From NCBI GenBank assembly GCA_965279305.1, contig OZ257143.1, positions 1,440,001 to 1,472,000 of the forward strand: a stretch of DNA of 32,000 nucleotides. The letters are read 5' to 3'. Shown one piece after another: positions 7,516 to 15,268 of this stretch. The position numbers and the translations under genes are program-made. Under the pieces are notes generated by a model that was not told the DNA's origin, did no database searches, and was given only the letters and a program-made list of their open reading frames with translations. This DNA comes from Gammaproteobacteria bacterium (GTDB taxonomy: Bacteria > Pseudomonadota > Gammaproteobacteria > JBIOEC01). The stretch's first letter is position 1, and the number at the start of each line of letters is the position of its first letter.

Positions 7516-9744
7516 GTGCAACTGAAAAGACGTGCTTGGCATTATTTGAAACAACACTGGCGTTGGGTAGGTATTGCTACTATTTTACTATTGGCTTTTC
7601 TGTTAGCAATCGCTTGGTATCAACCTTGGCGCGTATGGGAATCTGAAAATCTGATCCAAAAGCTTCAAAGCCCGGAGCCTTATCAAAGACAAGAAGCATT
7701 TAATGAACTTTCTTCTTGGACTATGATGCAACGCCAACCGCTATTAAAACAATTTCAATCTACTTTAATCAGTTCTTATGAGCAGGCGATTAATACCGCG
7801 CTCATGAAAGGAGAGTGGAGAAACGCCCAATTATGGCTTCAAGATTTGCAACGCTTGTACCCAGAATTGCCTGCTGTGCCTACAGAGCAATTAAAAGTAT
7901 CTTCTTATTTGGCACAACAAATTAACGTCCAAATTACGGGCATTAACCAAATTTTATCTACTTATCGTTTTTTAACACCATCTACTTTGCAAGATATCAC
8001 TATTTACGAAACTCAGTTAAAAGAACTATCGCCCGATAATGCTTTGTTATATGACAAACGAATTCTGTATGCTTTGGTATTTAGCATTGATGAGGCATTG
8101 GCTGAACATGATTTTAAATTGGCTGATCAATTATTGAATTGGGGAATGGAACATTATCCCAATCAGCCAGAACTTAAAGATCGTCAGGTTCAAGTCTCAC
8201 ATCAATTAGCAGGCCGTCCTGCTGAAGTATTGGCTACGTGTATTTCTGAAGGGCAATCGTGTTGGGATATTACGAGTTTTCCTCCTTTGTTTAGTTATCC
8301 TTGGCTAATTCAAAATTCGGCCGAATATCCCTGGTTAGCTGATTGGAATATGAGTGCTATTGTTCAATTTGAACTAGGAAGTTATTACCGCAGAGAGGCA
8401 TTACAATCGTATGCGCAACAACAGTTTATGCAAACCTCAGTAGATTTACTTAAAGCGTCTTATTTTAATTCTCCTGCAGAGCTAAGCGAATATTGGCAGT
8501 GGTTAGCTTATGCATTTATTGAGCGTGAGCAAAAAGAATATAAAGCAGCACAGCAAGCCGAATTATCGGCATTGCAACATACCTTACTTACCCAAGTAGC
8601 TGCACTTGATTTAGTAGGTGCACAAAATACCGTGGTGACGATGCAAACGATGGGTGCTGATCCTTGGTTTATTGATCAAGTGGCTTTGCCCATGTTAGGT
8701 GAAGCCTATTTAAAAGTAGGACAGCAATTAGCTGATTCAGAGCAATATGAATTAGCGATGCAGTTATTGGTGACGGGCGAAGAGTTTTTGCCTAATGATC
8801 CCGGTATTAAAGGTTTACTCACAGAATATAAAGAAGTGATGCCTTACCATGCGGCAAATTATTTAGTACAAACTAATTTAGGGCAAAGCCAAGCAGAGGT
8901 TGATGCAGGATTATGGGATGCGGCTGCCATACAAGCCTTAGGTTTTGATAAACCCACATTGTCGCCCGCTGCTAATAGTGTTAACAATAATACTGCTTGC
9001 ACAGCAATTTTTTCTAGTGGTTCTAATGGTGTGCATACTTGCCAAGATCAATTGTCTTCTCATGCAAAAGGGCCTTTATTGATCGTACCACCGGCGAGTG
9101 CTCAGTTTGCTTCTTCTTATGCTATTGGAAAATATCCTATCTCTATTAGAGAATATAATTATTATTGTCATATCACTAAAGCTTGTGAAGCAAAACGTTT
9201 GCCTTCTACGCAAAAAGCAAACTTAAAAGAAAAGAGCAGAAAAAACACACCGGCTAATTCTAGTTTAGATTTATCTGATGTGCAGGTAGCTAAGCAAGAT
9301 TATGATGATTATTGTAAATCTACAGGCACCTGCAGCAGTACCGATCCGAATGCACAAGATTATCCGGTCACTGATATTACATTGGCAGAAGCAGCGGCTT
9401 ATATGAATTGGCTTTCTAAAACCACTAAGCAAACGTATCGCTTACCTACGGAAACAGAATGGCGCTATGCCATATTAAGCAATGAAATTTATCGATGCAC
9501 ATCTGATACTTTATTAAAATTGCCACAAAAATTAAAACCCGTACAACAAGGCAGTATTAACCGTTGGGGAATTGCGCATGAATTGGGAATTTTACAAGAG
9601 TGGGTGCAAACACCTAGAAATATTGGAACAATGGGCCCAGAACATGCAGATAATCCGCCTGTTTGCTCTTTGCCTTTAGAAACCAGTGAAGAATCCAGAG
9701 AGCCTTCACAACATAAAGGTTTCCGCGTACTTCGCGAAATGTAA
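7516..9744 (+). CDS. Membrane-anchored helical-repeat (TPR-like) protein with C-terminal degenerate FGE-sulfatase (SUMF1/EgtB/PvdO-like) domain
   Basis: The start is GTG, with GGGTGA upstream. There is a single N-terminal TM helix (WVGIATILLLAFLLAIAWY). Helical repeat signatures end in YPxxPEL or LPNDPGI. The C-terminal ~220 aa (from nt 9070) carry FGE-family blocks: YAIGKYPISIREYNYYC, YPVTDITLAEAAAYMNWLSKTTKQTYRLPTETEWRYA (core at 9436-9471), RWGIAHELGILQEWVQ, and a terminal GFRVLRE. Confidence 0.7.
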   Translation: MQLKRRAWHYLKQHWRWVGIATILLLAFLLAIAWYQPWRVWESENLIQKLQSPEPYQRQEAFNELSSWTMMQRQPLLKQFQSTLISSYEQAINTALMKGEWRNAQLWLQDLQRLYPELPAVPTEQLKVSSYLAQQINVQITGINQILSTYRFLTPSTLQDITIYETQLKELSPDNALLYDKRILYALVFSIDEALAEHDFKLADQLLNWGMEHYPNQPELKDRQVQVSHQLAGRPAEVLATCISEGQSCWDITSFPPLFSYPWLIQNSAEYPWLADWNMSAIVQFELGSYYRREALQSYAQQQFMQTSVDLLKASYFNSPAELSEYWQWLAYAFIEREQKEYKAAQQAELSALQHTLLTQVAALDLVGAQNTVVTMQTMGADPWFIDQVALPMLGEAYLKVGQQLADSEQYELAMQLLVTGEEFLPNDPGIKGLLTEYKEVMPYHAANYLVQTNLGQSQAEVDAGLWDAAAIQALGFDKPTLSPAANSVNNNTACTAIFSSGSNGVHTCQDQLSSHAKGPLLIVPPASAQFASSYAIGKYPISIREYNYYCHITKACEAKRLPSTQKANLKEKSRKNTPANSSLDLSDVQVAKQDYDDYCKSTGTCSSTDPNAQDYPVTDITLAEAAAYMNWLSKTTKQTYRLPTETEWRYAILSNEIYRCTSDTLLKLPQKLKPVQQGSINRWGIAHELGILQEWVQTPRNIGTMGPEHADNPPVCSLPLETSEESREPSQHKGFRVLREM

Positions 9745-9834
9745 TTTTTTTTCACCAATAGCTAATGTCCTATTGAATGGCCATCCTTCTTATGATTAAT
9801 ATAGTATTAATTTTAATGGCCAAGGAAGTAGATT

Positions 9835-10767
9835 ATGGGACTACAAGATTGCGCATATAAGGATATTTTTTCACATCGAGAAGTGATAGAAAATCTTATG
9901 AATCCTTTTTTCCATGCAGGAGAATTAAAAGGGATAGAAATTACTTCCCTAGAAAAGGTCAATTCTCACTATATCAGTGGGCAATATAGGAAAAGAGAAA
10001 GTGATGTGGTATGGAAAATGCGATACAAAGGGGAATGGCTCTATTTGTACGTATTATTAGAGTTTCAATCCACCGTTGACCGGTACATGAGTATTCGATT
10101 GATGTCTTATATTGGACTTCTTTATGAAGATTTAATCAAGTCGAAAAGCCTCACTGAAAAAGGCATGTTGCCTCCCGTTTTACCTTGGGTTATCTATACT
10201 GGCAAACCGGACTGGTCAGCACCTTTGCATTCACACTTACTCTTGGAGGAAACCACTCCTACAGAAATGAAGAATTATTTTCCTCATTTTAGATATCACT
10301 TATTAGAGGTTGGACGTTATTCTCTAGAAAAATTAGAATCAAAATCCGATAAAGAAAATTTAGTCGCTTTATTGATTGAACTAGAACAGAGCGAATTTAA
10401 TTGGGTATTTGCAAAACCCATATTGGAACGATTAGATAATCAATTACAAGGTGAAGATTTACAAAGTTTGCGGCGTGCTTTTGCGATATATGCTTACCAC
10501 ATGCTAAAATTAAGAAAAAAAGGGATGCCGCCAATGGAAGACATAGACCTAAAGGAGGTAAATAATATGTTAGCTGAACGTATACAAGCGTATGAAAGCG
10601 GATTAATTCAACAAGGTTGGCAAGAAGGCAGACAAGAAGGTAAAGAAGAAGGAAGTCAGCAACGATCAGAAGCCATAGCCAAAGAAATGTTAAAAAGAGG
10701 ATTAGATCAGCGTCTTGTTTCTGAAATCCTCAGATCTTCGGAATCATTAGATAATAAAAACACTTAA
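9835..10767 (+). CDS. Rpn family recombination-promoting nuclease / putative transposase (YhgA-like, PD-(D/E)xK)
   Basis: RBS AAGGAAG lies at 9822-9828. Family-typical blocks are present: an N-terminal KDIFSHREVIENL, an RESDVVW...LYVLLEFQS nuclease core (the family E-[HF]-Q-S motif), and a C-terminal QQGWQEGRQEGKEEG...IAKEMLKRGL helix typical of the Rpn C-terminal domain. Confidence 0.85.
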   Translation: MGLQDCAYKDIFSHREVIENLMNPFFHAGELKGIEITSLEKVNSHYISGQYRKRESDVVWKMRYKGEWLYLYVLLEFQSTVDRYMSIRLMSYIGLLYEDLIKSKSLTEKGMLPPVLPWVIYTGKPDWSAPLHSHLLLEETTPTEMKNYFPHFRYHLLEVGRYSLEKLESKSDKENLVALLIELEQSEFNWVFAKPILERLDNQLQGEDLQSLRRAFAIYAYHMLKLRKKGMPPMEDIDLKEVNNMLAERIQAYESGLIQQGWQEGRQEGKEEGSQQRSEAIAKEMLKRGLDQRLVSEILRSSESLDNKNT

Positions 10768-10795
10768 CAACTTTATATTTTGGATTAAATAAAAA

Positions 10796-11407
10796 TTAGC
10801 GGGCGAAAGAAACGGGAGAATAATGTCTTAAAATCCCTACGCCAACGCCTTCTACTTCTAAGGTTTGTTGAGTGATATCCACGCTAATAGGTGGAATATC
10901 AGGATTGGCAGATAATAAGCGAATAATATTGTTAATGCGTTCGTAACGCTTAACCAAGACTTCTTTGTTTAAATAGACAACCACGATTTGGCCGTTATTA
11001 ACATTTTGGGTTTTATGCACGGCTAATAAATCGTTTTCTAAAACACCGGCGTCTCTTAAACCATTACCTTGAATACGTAATAGATAATCGGCTTTAGGTT
11101 GGAAAAGTTGTTCGGCAGGGCAGTATCCTTCTATATGTTGTTCAGATAGAATGGGATTGCCAGCGGTTAAATGGCCAACAATGGGCACACCTTGAGCTTG
11201 GCGTAAACGCAAGCCTCTAGAGAGTCCAGGTAAAATTTCGATAGCGCCTTTACGAGCAAGGGCTTTTAAGTGATCTTCGGCTGCGTTAACAGACCGAAAT
11301 CCGAGTTCTTTCGCAATTTCGGCTCGGGTAGGTGGAGCACCAAATTGCTGAATATGGTTAGAGATTAAATCGAGTACTTGGCGTTGCCTTTGGGTCAGCT
11401 TTACCAT
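10796..11407 (-). CDS. lexA: LexA transcriptional repressor ortholog with the catalytic Ser position substituted by Gly
   Basis: The protein is collinear with my recall of E. coli LexA over its full length. [34 protein letters not shown] aligns to [34 protein letters not shown]. The cleavage site is TAGNP versus AAGEP. [14 protein letters not shown] and VLVKRY (the Lys156 equivalent) are conserved. The GMSM motif is GNGL here, and the Gly116 codon GGT is the complement of 11060-11062. Confidence 0.93.
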   Translation of the reverse strand: [203 protein letters not shown]

Positions 11408-11496
11408 AGGTATTATCCTACTTAATATAGTGACATAAGTATATATGATTGGTGGTCAAATGTCCAGTAGTCTGAGGGACATAACAAGGGAAAACA

Positions 11497-12168
11497 ATGG
11501 CGGTTATTTTAGCGTTTGATACCTCAACTCATGCTTGTTCAGCAGCTCTTTCTATTGATGGAGTCGTGGATGAGAGTTTTCAATGGGCACCCCAGCTCCA
11601 TGGTGCTCTTATATTGCCTATGATTAAAGACTTATTACTTCGCTCCGATCGGAAATGGGATGATATTGATGCAATTGCTTTTGGAGCAGGCCCTGGCAGT
11701 TTTACCGGTGTGAGATTGGCTGCTAGTGTTGCCCAAGGTTTGGCCATGGGAACTCAAAAACCTTTAATCGCTGTTTCTTCATTAATGGCTATGGCCGATG
11801 CTTTTTATCGGCAGCTGGGCTTTACCTATTTAGCTTGTGCTTTTGATGCCAGAATGGGGGAAGTTTATTGGGGAACTTATGAGTTTTTAGAGGGTAAATG
11901 GGCCATTACTACCCCAGAATGCGTGGTAAAACCAGAGAATATTCCTCCACTTCCTGAGGGTAAACCCTGGGTCGGGGTGGGTGAAGGCTGGGGGGCTTAT
12001 ACTGAAAAGCTTTTGGAGGCTTCTCAAATTCTGCATTGCTATCCTCGTGCTTTTCCTAGAGCCGGAAGTGTTGCTAGGCTAGCTGAAGAAGCTTTTTTTA
12101 GAAAAAAATTCTTATCTCCTGAGCAGGCATTGCCCACTTATATTAGAAACCAAGTTGCCAACAAGTAA
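11497..12168 (+). CDS. tsaB: tRNA N6-threonylcarbamoyladenosine (t6A) biosynthesis protein TsaB (YeaZ)
   Basis: The N-terminus ILAFDTSTHACSAAL resembles E. coli ILAIDTATEACSVAL. A GPGSFTGVRL block is present. The length of 223 aa fits. Confidence 0.9.
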   Translation: MAVILAFDTSTHACSAALSIDGVVDESFQWAPQLHGALILPMIKDLLLRSDRKWDDIDAIAFGAGPGSFTGVRLAASVAQGLAMGTQKPLIAVSSLMAMADAFYRQLGFTYLACAFDARMGEVYWGTYEFLEGKWAITTPECVVKPENIPPLPEGKPWVGVGEGWGAYTEKLLEASQILHCYPRAFPRAGSVARLAEEAFFRKKFLSPEQALPTYIRNQVANK

Positions 12169-12468
12169 AACCTTTTGTTTTTCAATGAGTTACGATTATC
12201 CTCAAAGTCTGCTTATCTCTTTTTGCTTAATCACATTATTGTAGTTTGTGGGTTGACTGGTATTTGTTTGTTAGCTAAATCTATGGTATCATTTGCAAGT
12301 AATGAAACTAAATATCTTATCTCTGAACTTACTTTAGGTAAATGGCTTACAAGAAGTCAGGCGAAAGGCTGATGCTTTTTAATTTCTAGATGTGTACACT
12401 AACTCACATGTAGTAAATAAAAACGCTTTTCGGGAGACTCGATAGAGCACCTAAGAAAAGCAAGGGTT

Positions 12469-12490
12469 TTACGTTTAATTGCAAACGTAA
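12469..12490. promoter_or_regulatory. Candidate TetR-family operator: 8-bp perfect inverted arms
   Basis: The sequence is TTACGTTT-AATTGC-AAACGTAA. It lies 36 nt upstream of the TetR-family gene start at 12526. Confidence 0.4.
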
Positions 12491-12525
12491 TAAATTATCT
12501 GAAAATCAAATGGAAACTTAACATT

Positions 12526-13137
12526 ATGCCTAGAAAAACTGACAAACGAGTACGCTTAGTAGATGCTGCTAAGTACCTTATCCACAAACAAGGGTTTAAC
12601 CTAACAACGCTGGCGGATATTGCTCAGGAAGCGGATGTTCCGCTAGGTAACGTTTATTATTACTTCAAAACCAAGGATGCAATTGGCGAGGCTGTTTTAG
12701 AAAGTCGTGCTAAAGAATTGCATGAAAACCTTCAAACTTGGGAACAACATGCTGATTCTCATGACCGTTTAGCGGCTTTATTGAAATCTGAGATAGACCA
12801 AGCAGACAATATCGCTCGCAGTGGTTGTCCAGTGGGCAGCTTATGTCAAGAATTAGCGAAACAAGGCGGCGCTTTAGCTGACGCTTCTGCTAAGTTATTG
12901 AACGACACCCTTCATTGGTGTGAAAAACAGTTCCGTACCTTAGGTCACGGACAGCGTGCTCCTGAATTGGCATCTCAGTTTGTTGCCATGACTCAGGGTG
13001 CTTCTTTGATGACCTGTACATTTAAAGATCCTAAGTTGACCTCTAAAATGTCTGCTTTAACAGAGCAATGGTTGAAAGACCTTCGTGCTACTGCAGGTAA
13101 TAAATCAACAGCTCGTGTTGCTGAAGCGGTTGCTTAA
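12526..13137 (+). CDS. TetR/AcrR family transcriptional regulator
   Basis: The N-terminal HTH is LVDAAKYLIHKQGFNLTTLADIAQEADVPLGNVYYYFKTKDAIGEAVL. The length is ~200 aa with an all-helical C-terminal ligand domain. Confidence 0.9.
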   Translation: MPRKTDKRVRLVDAAKYLIHKQGFNLTTLADIAQEADVPLGNVYYYFKTKDAIGEAVLESRAKELHENLQTWEQHADSHDRLAALLKSEIDQADNIARSGCPVGSLCQELAKQGGALADASAKLLNDTLHWCEKQFRTLGHGQRAPELASQFVAMTQGASLMTCTFKDPKLTSKMSALTEQWLKDLRATAGNKSTARVAEAVA

Positions 13138-13150
13138 ACTCACTTATTAT

Positions 13151-13180
13151 ACAGAGACGGATTTTACGATTCGTCTCTGT
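13151..13180 (+). terminator. Hairpin downstream of the TetR gene
   Basis: ACAGAGACG (13151-13159) pairs with CGTCTCTGT (13172-13180). The tail (TATAATATCTCTC) is only moderately U-rich. Confidence 0.45.
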
Positions 13181-13193
13181 TATAATATCTCTC

Positions 13194-13403
13194 ATGATTT
13201 CACACTTCATTACTAAATCTCTTTCCTGGAAACACATGATTCGCAGTGTTTTTTCTGCTTTTATTGGTATTCAAAAAAAAGGTATTGCAGACGAAGACTT
13301 TGCCCACGGCAATGTCTATGTTTATGGAGCTTTCGGAATAGCAGGAGTAGTCGTGCTTATTGTGTTGATTGCCCTAATGGTTAAGTGGGTAATAAGCGTA
13401 TAG
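13194..13403 (+). CDS. Small inner-membrane protein, DUF2970-like
   Basis: The protein is 69 aa. It has FSAFIGIQKKG followed by an acidic stretch and a single C-terminal TM helix (VYGAFGIAGVVVLIVLIALMV). This layout matches my recall of DUF2970 proteins. Confidence 0.65.
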   Translation: MISHFITKSLSWKHMIRSVFSAFIGIQKKGIADEDFAHGNVYVYGAFGIAGVVVLIVLIALMVKWVISV

Positions 13404-13417
13404 TTTTCGACGGGTTT

Positions 13418-13774
13418 CTATTGAGGTTTTATATCCAATTCTTCTGCGGCTTTTAAAGCATCGGCAATAGCTTGTTGCAAATGAGTCATTTGCTGAGGAG
13501 CTTCTGCCATATTTTGTTGTCGAATCATCTCGTTAAGTGAACGAGCTTCTTTTTTAATTTCTTCCATTCCACAATAGGAGGCTGAACCAGCTAATTTATG
13601 TGAAATATAATCTAAATTTTTCCAATTCTTTTTAGCCACTGCTTCTTGTAATTCACGGCTTTGCTCGGGTAGTTCATTGACCAGCATTTGAATAATTTCA
13701 CGAGCAATAGATTCTTGTCCACCACATAACTGCACAGCGGCACTGAAATTAAGACTTTTATTTTGAAGGTTCAT
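13418..13774 (-). CDS. Stand-alone histidine phosphotransfer (Hpt) domain protein
   Basis: The protein is 118 aa and four-helix-bundle-like. It carries the Hpt signature HKLAGSASYCG (phospho-accepting His). Overall it resembles the C-terminal Hpt of BarA/GacS/ArcB-type hybrid kinases. Confidence 0.8.
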   Translation of the reverse strand: MNLQNKSLNFSAAVQLCGGQESIAREIIQMLVNELPEQSRELQEAVAKKNWKNLDYISHKLAGSASYCGMEEIKKEARSLNEMIRQQNMAEAPQQMTHLQQAIADALKAAEELDIKPQ

Positions 13775-13901
13775 AATAGTTATACTTTTTCCAACTCTTC
13801 CTCCTATATTAGGCTAAAAAATAGCTATTGTCATCAATTTGAGCTATATATGACTGCTCTCCAACCCCCTCATAGTGCTATGTCAGTACTAAAACCTAAT
13901 A

Positions 13902-13910
13902 TGATATAAT
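13902..13910 (+). promoter_or_regulatory. Candidate extended -10 promoter element for rlmD
   Basis: TGaTATAAT lies 34 nt upstream of the rlmD ATG at 13944. The -35 region is weak. Confidence 0.35.
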
Positions 13911-13943
13911 CGGCATCTTTACTATAAGATAGTAGGGACTGAT

Positions 13944-15245
13944 ATGCCTCCTGTTATAAGTACTGCCGATGTCACTCGCTTAGCCCATGATGGTCGTGGA
14001 ATAGCTAAAGTGGATGGAAAAACCGTTTTTATAGCGGGTGCACTTCCAGACGAACAAGTGACGTTTACGTATACCCAACGAAAAAACCAGTTTGATCAAG
14101 GTAAAGTGCTGGATGTTCTGGTACCTAGCCCTCATCGTGTGGAGCCTAAATGTGAACATGCCAGCATTTGTGGCGGTTGTCGTTTGCAGCATATGGATGC
14201 TGAGTCACAAGTGGATTCTAAACAAGCCATCTTATTAGAGCAGTTAATCCATTTTGGAAAAGTCACACCTCCTAAAGTGTTAGCTCCGCCTTTAACAGCA
14301 TCAGTATGGGGATATAGGCGTAAAGCACGATTGAGTGCTAAATATGTGAGTAAAAAAGAACGTTTCCTATTAGGCTTTCATGAAAAAGAAGGTCGATATG
14401 TAGCTGATCTGACTCGCTGTGAAGTATTACATCCTGCTATTGGATTACATTTGGTCGAATTAAGAGAAGTGTTAAGCCAACTTTCTATCGATAGAGCACT
14501 TCCACAAATTGAAGTCGCAGTAGGTGATGATGCAATAGTATTAGTGCTTCGCCATTTAGAGCCACTCACAGATGCGGATAAAAAATTACTGTCGGAATTT
14601 GGTGAGCAACATAAAATGACCTGGTATTTGCAATCCGGTAATGCGAGTACGGTAGTGCCATTAAATAAACCCGCCGTTTTATCTTATGCTTTACCTGCTT
14701 ACAATTTGACATTAACTTTTTCTCCATTGGATTTTGTGCAAATTAATGACAGTATCAATCAGTTGATGGTGCAACAGGCGATGGAATGGTTAGATATTAA
14801 ACCGACTGATCGGGTATTAGATTTGTTTTGTGGTTTAGGAAATTTTAGCTTGCCATTAGCCCGCTTAGCCGAAAAAGTCGTAGGCGTAGAAGGGGATAAC
14901 GAAATGGTAAAGCGCGCCAGACACAATGCAGAACTTAATCAATTAAATAATACGGAGTTCTACGCAGCGGACTTGAGTAAATCTTTTTCTGATATGCCCT
15001 GGGCTAAACAACGATATAACAAAATATTGTTAGATCCTGCCAGAATGGGTGCTTTAGAAATTGTGCAGCAAATTCAAATGTGGAAAGCTACACATATTTT
15101 GTACGTATCTTGCAATCCCGCTACTTTTGCCCGTGATGCCGGTGAATTGGTTAAACAAGGTTATGAATTAAAGCGCTTGGGCGTTTTAGATATGTTTCCA
15201 CATACGCATCATGTGGAAGCAATGGGACTCTTTGTTAAAAAATAG
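13944..15245 (+). CDS. rlmD: 23S rRNA (uracil1939-C5)-methyltransferase RlmD (RumA)
   Basis: There is an N-terminal TRAM-like domain and a 4Fe-4S Cys cluster (CEHASICGGCRLQH). SAM-MTase motifs are present (VLDLFCGLGNFSLPLA, ILLDPAR, and the catalytic Cys in YVSCNPAT). The gene lies directly upstream of relA, as in E. coli. Confidence 0.92.
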   Translation: MPPVISTADVTRLAHDGRGIAKVDGKTVFIAGALPDEQVTFTYTQRKNQFDQGKVLDVLVPSPHRVEPKCEHASICGGCRLQHMDAESQVDSKQAILLEQLIHFGKVTPPKVLAPPLTASVWGYRRKARLSAKYVSKKERFLLGFHEKEGRYVADLTRCEVLHPAIGLHLVELREVLSQLSIDRALPQIEVAVGDDAIVLVLRHLEPLTDADKKLLSEFGEQHKMTWYLQSGNASTVVPLNKPAVLSYALPAYNLTLTFSPLDFVQINDSINQLMVQQAMEWLDIKPTDRVLDLFCGLGNFSLPLARLAEKVVGVEGDNEMVKRARHNAELNQLNNTEFYAADLSKSFSDMPWAKQRYNKILLDPARMGALEIVQQIQMWKATHILYVSCNPATFARDAGELVKQGYELKRLGVLDMFPHTHHVEAMGLFVKK

Positions 15246-15268
15246 ATAGTTAGGACGTAGGTAATACT

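Noticed and set aside
7325-7525. A 66-aa plus-strand ORF spanning the gshA start and the gshA/FGE-like intergenic region.
   Set aside because: It has a TTG start without RBS. It overlaps the gshA N-terminus and promoter DNA, and its stop overlaps the start of the next gene. The peptide has no recognisable features.
9745-10795. Whether the Rpn (putative transposase) gene is part of a mobile element.
   Set aside because: I saw no terminal inverted repeats or target-site duplications flanking it. The only local symmetry is an AT-only ATTAATA-TAG-TATTAAT (9795-9811) in its promoter region. Rpn genes are generally chromosomal nucleases rather than autonomous transposons.
12175-12372. A 65-aa ORF in the tsaB-TetR spacer.
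   Set aside because: It has a TTG start directly after the tsaB stop and no RBS. The region looks more like promoter or small-RNA sequence. I kept it as a non-coding finding instead.
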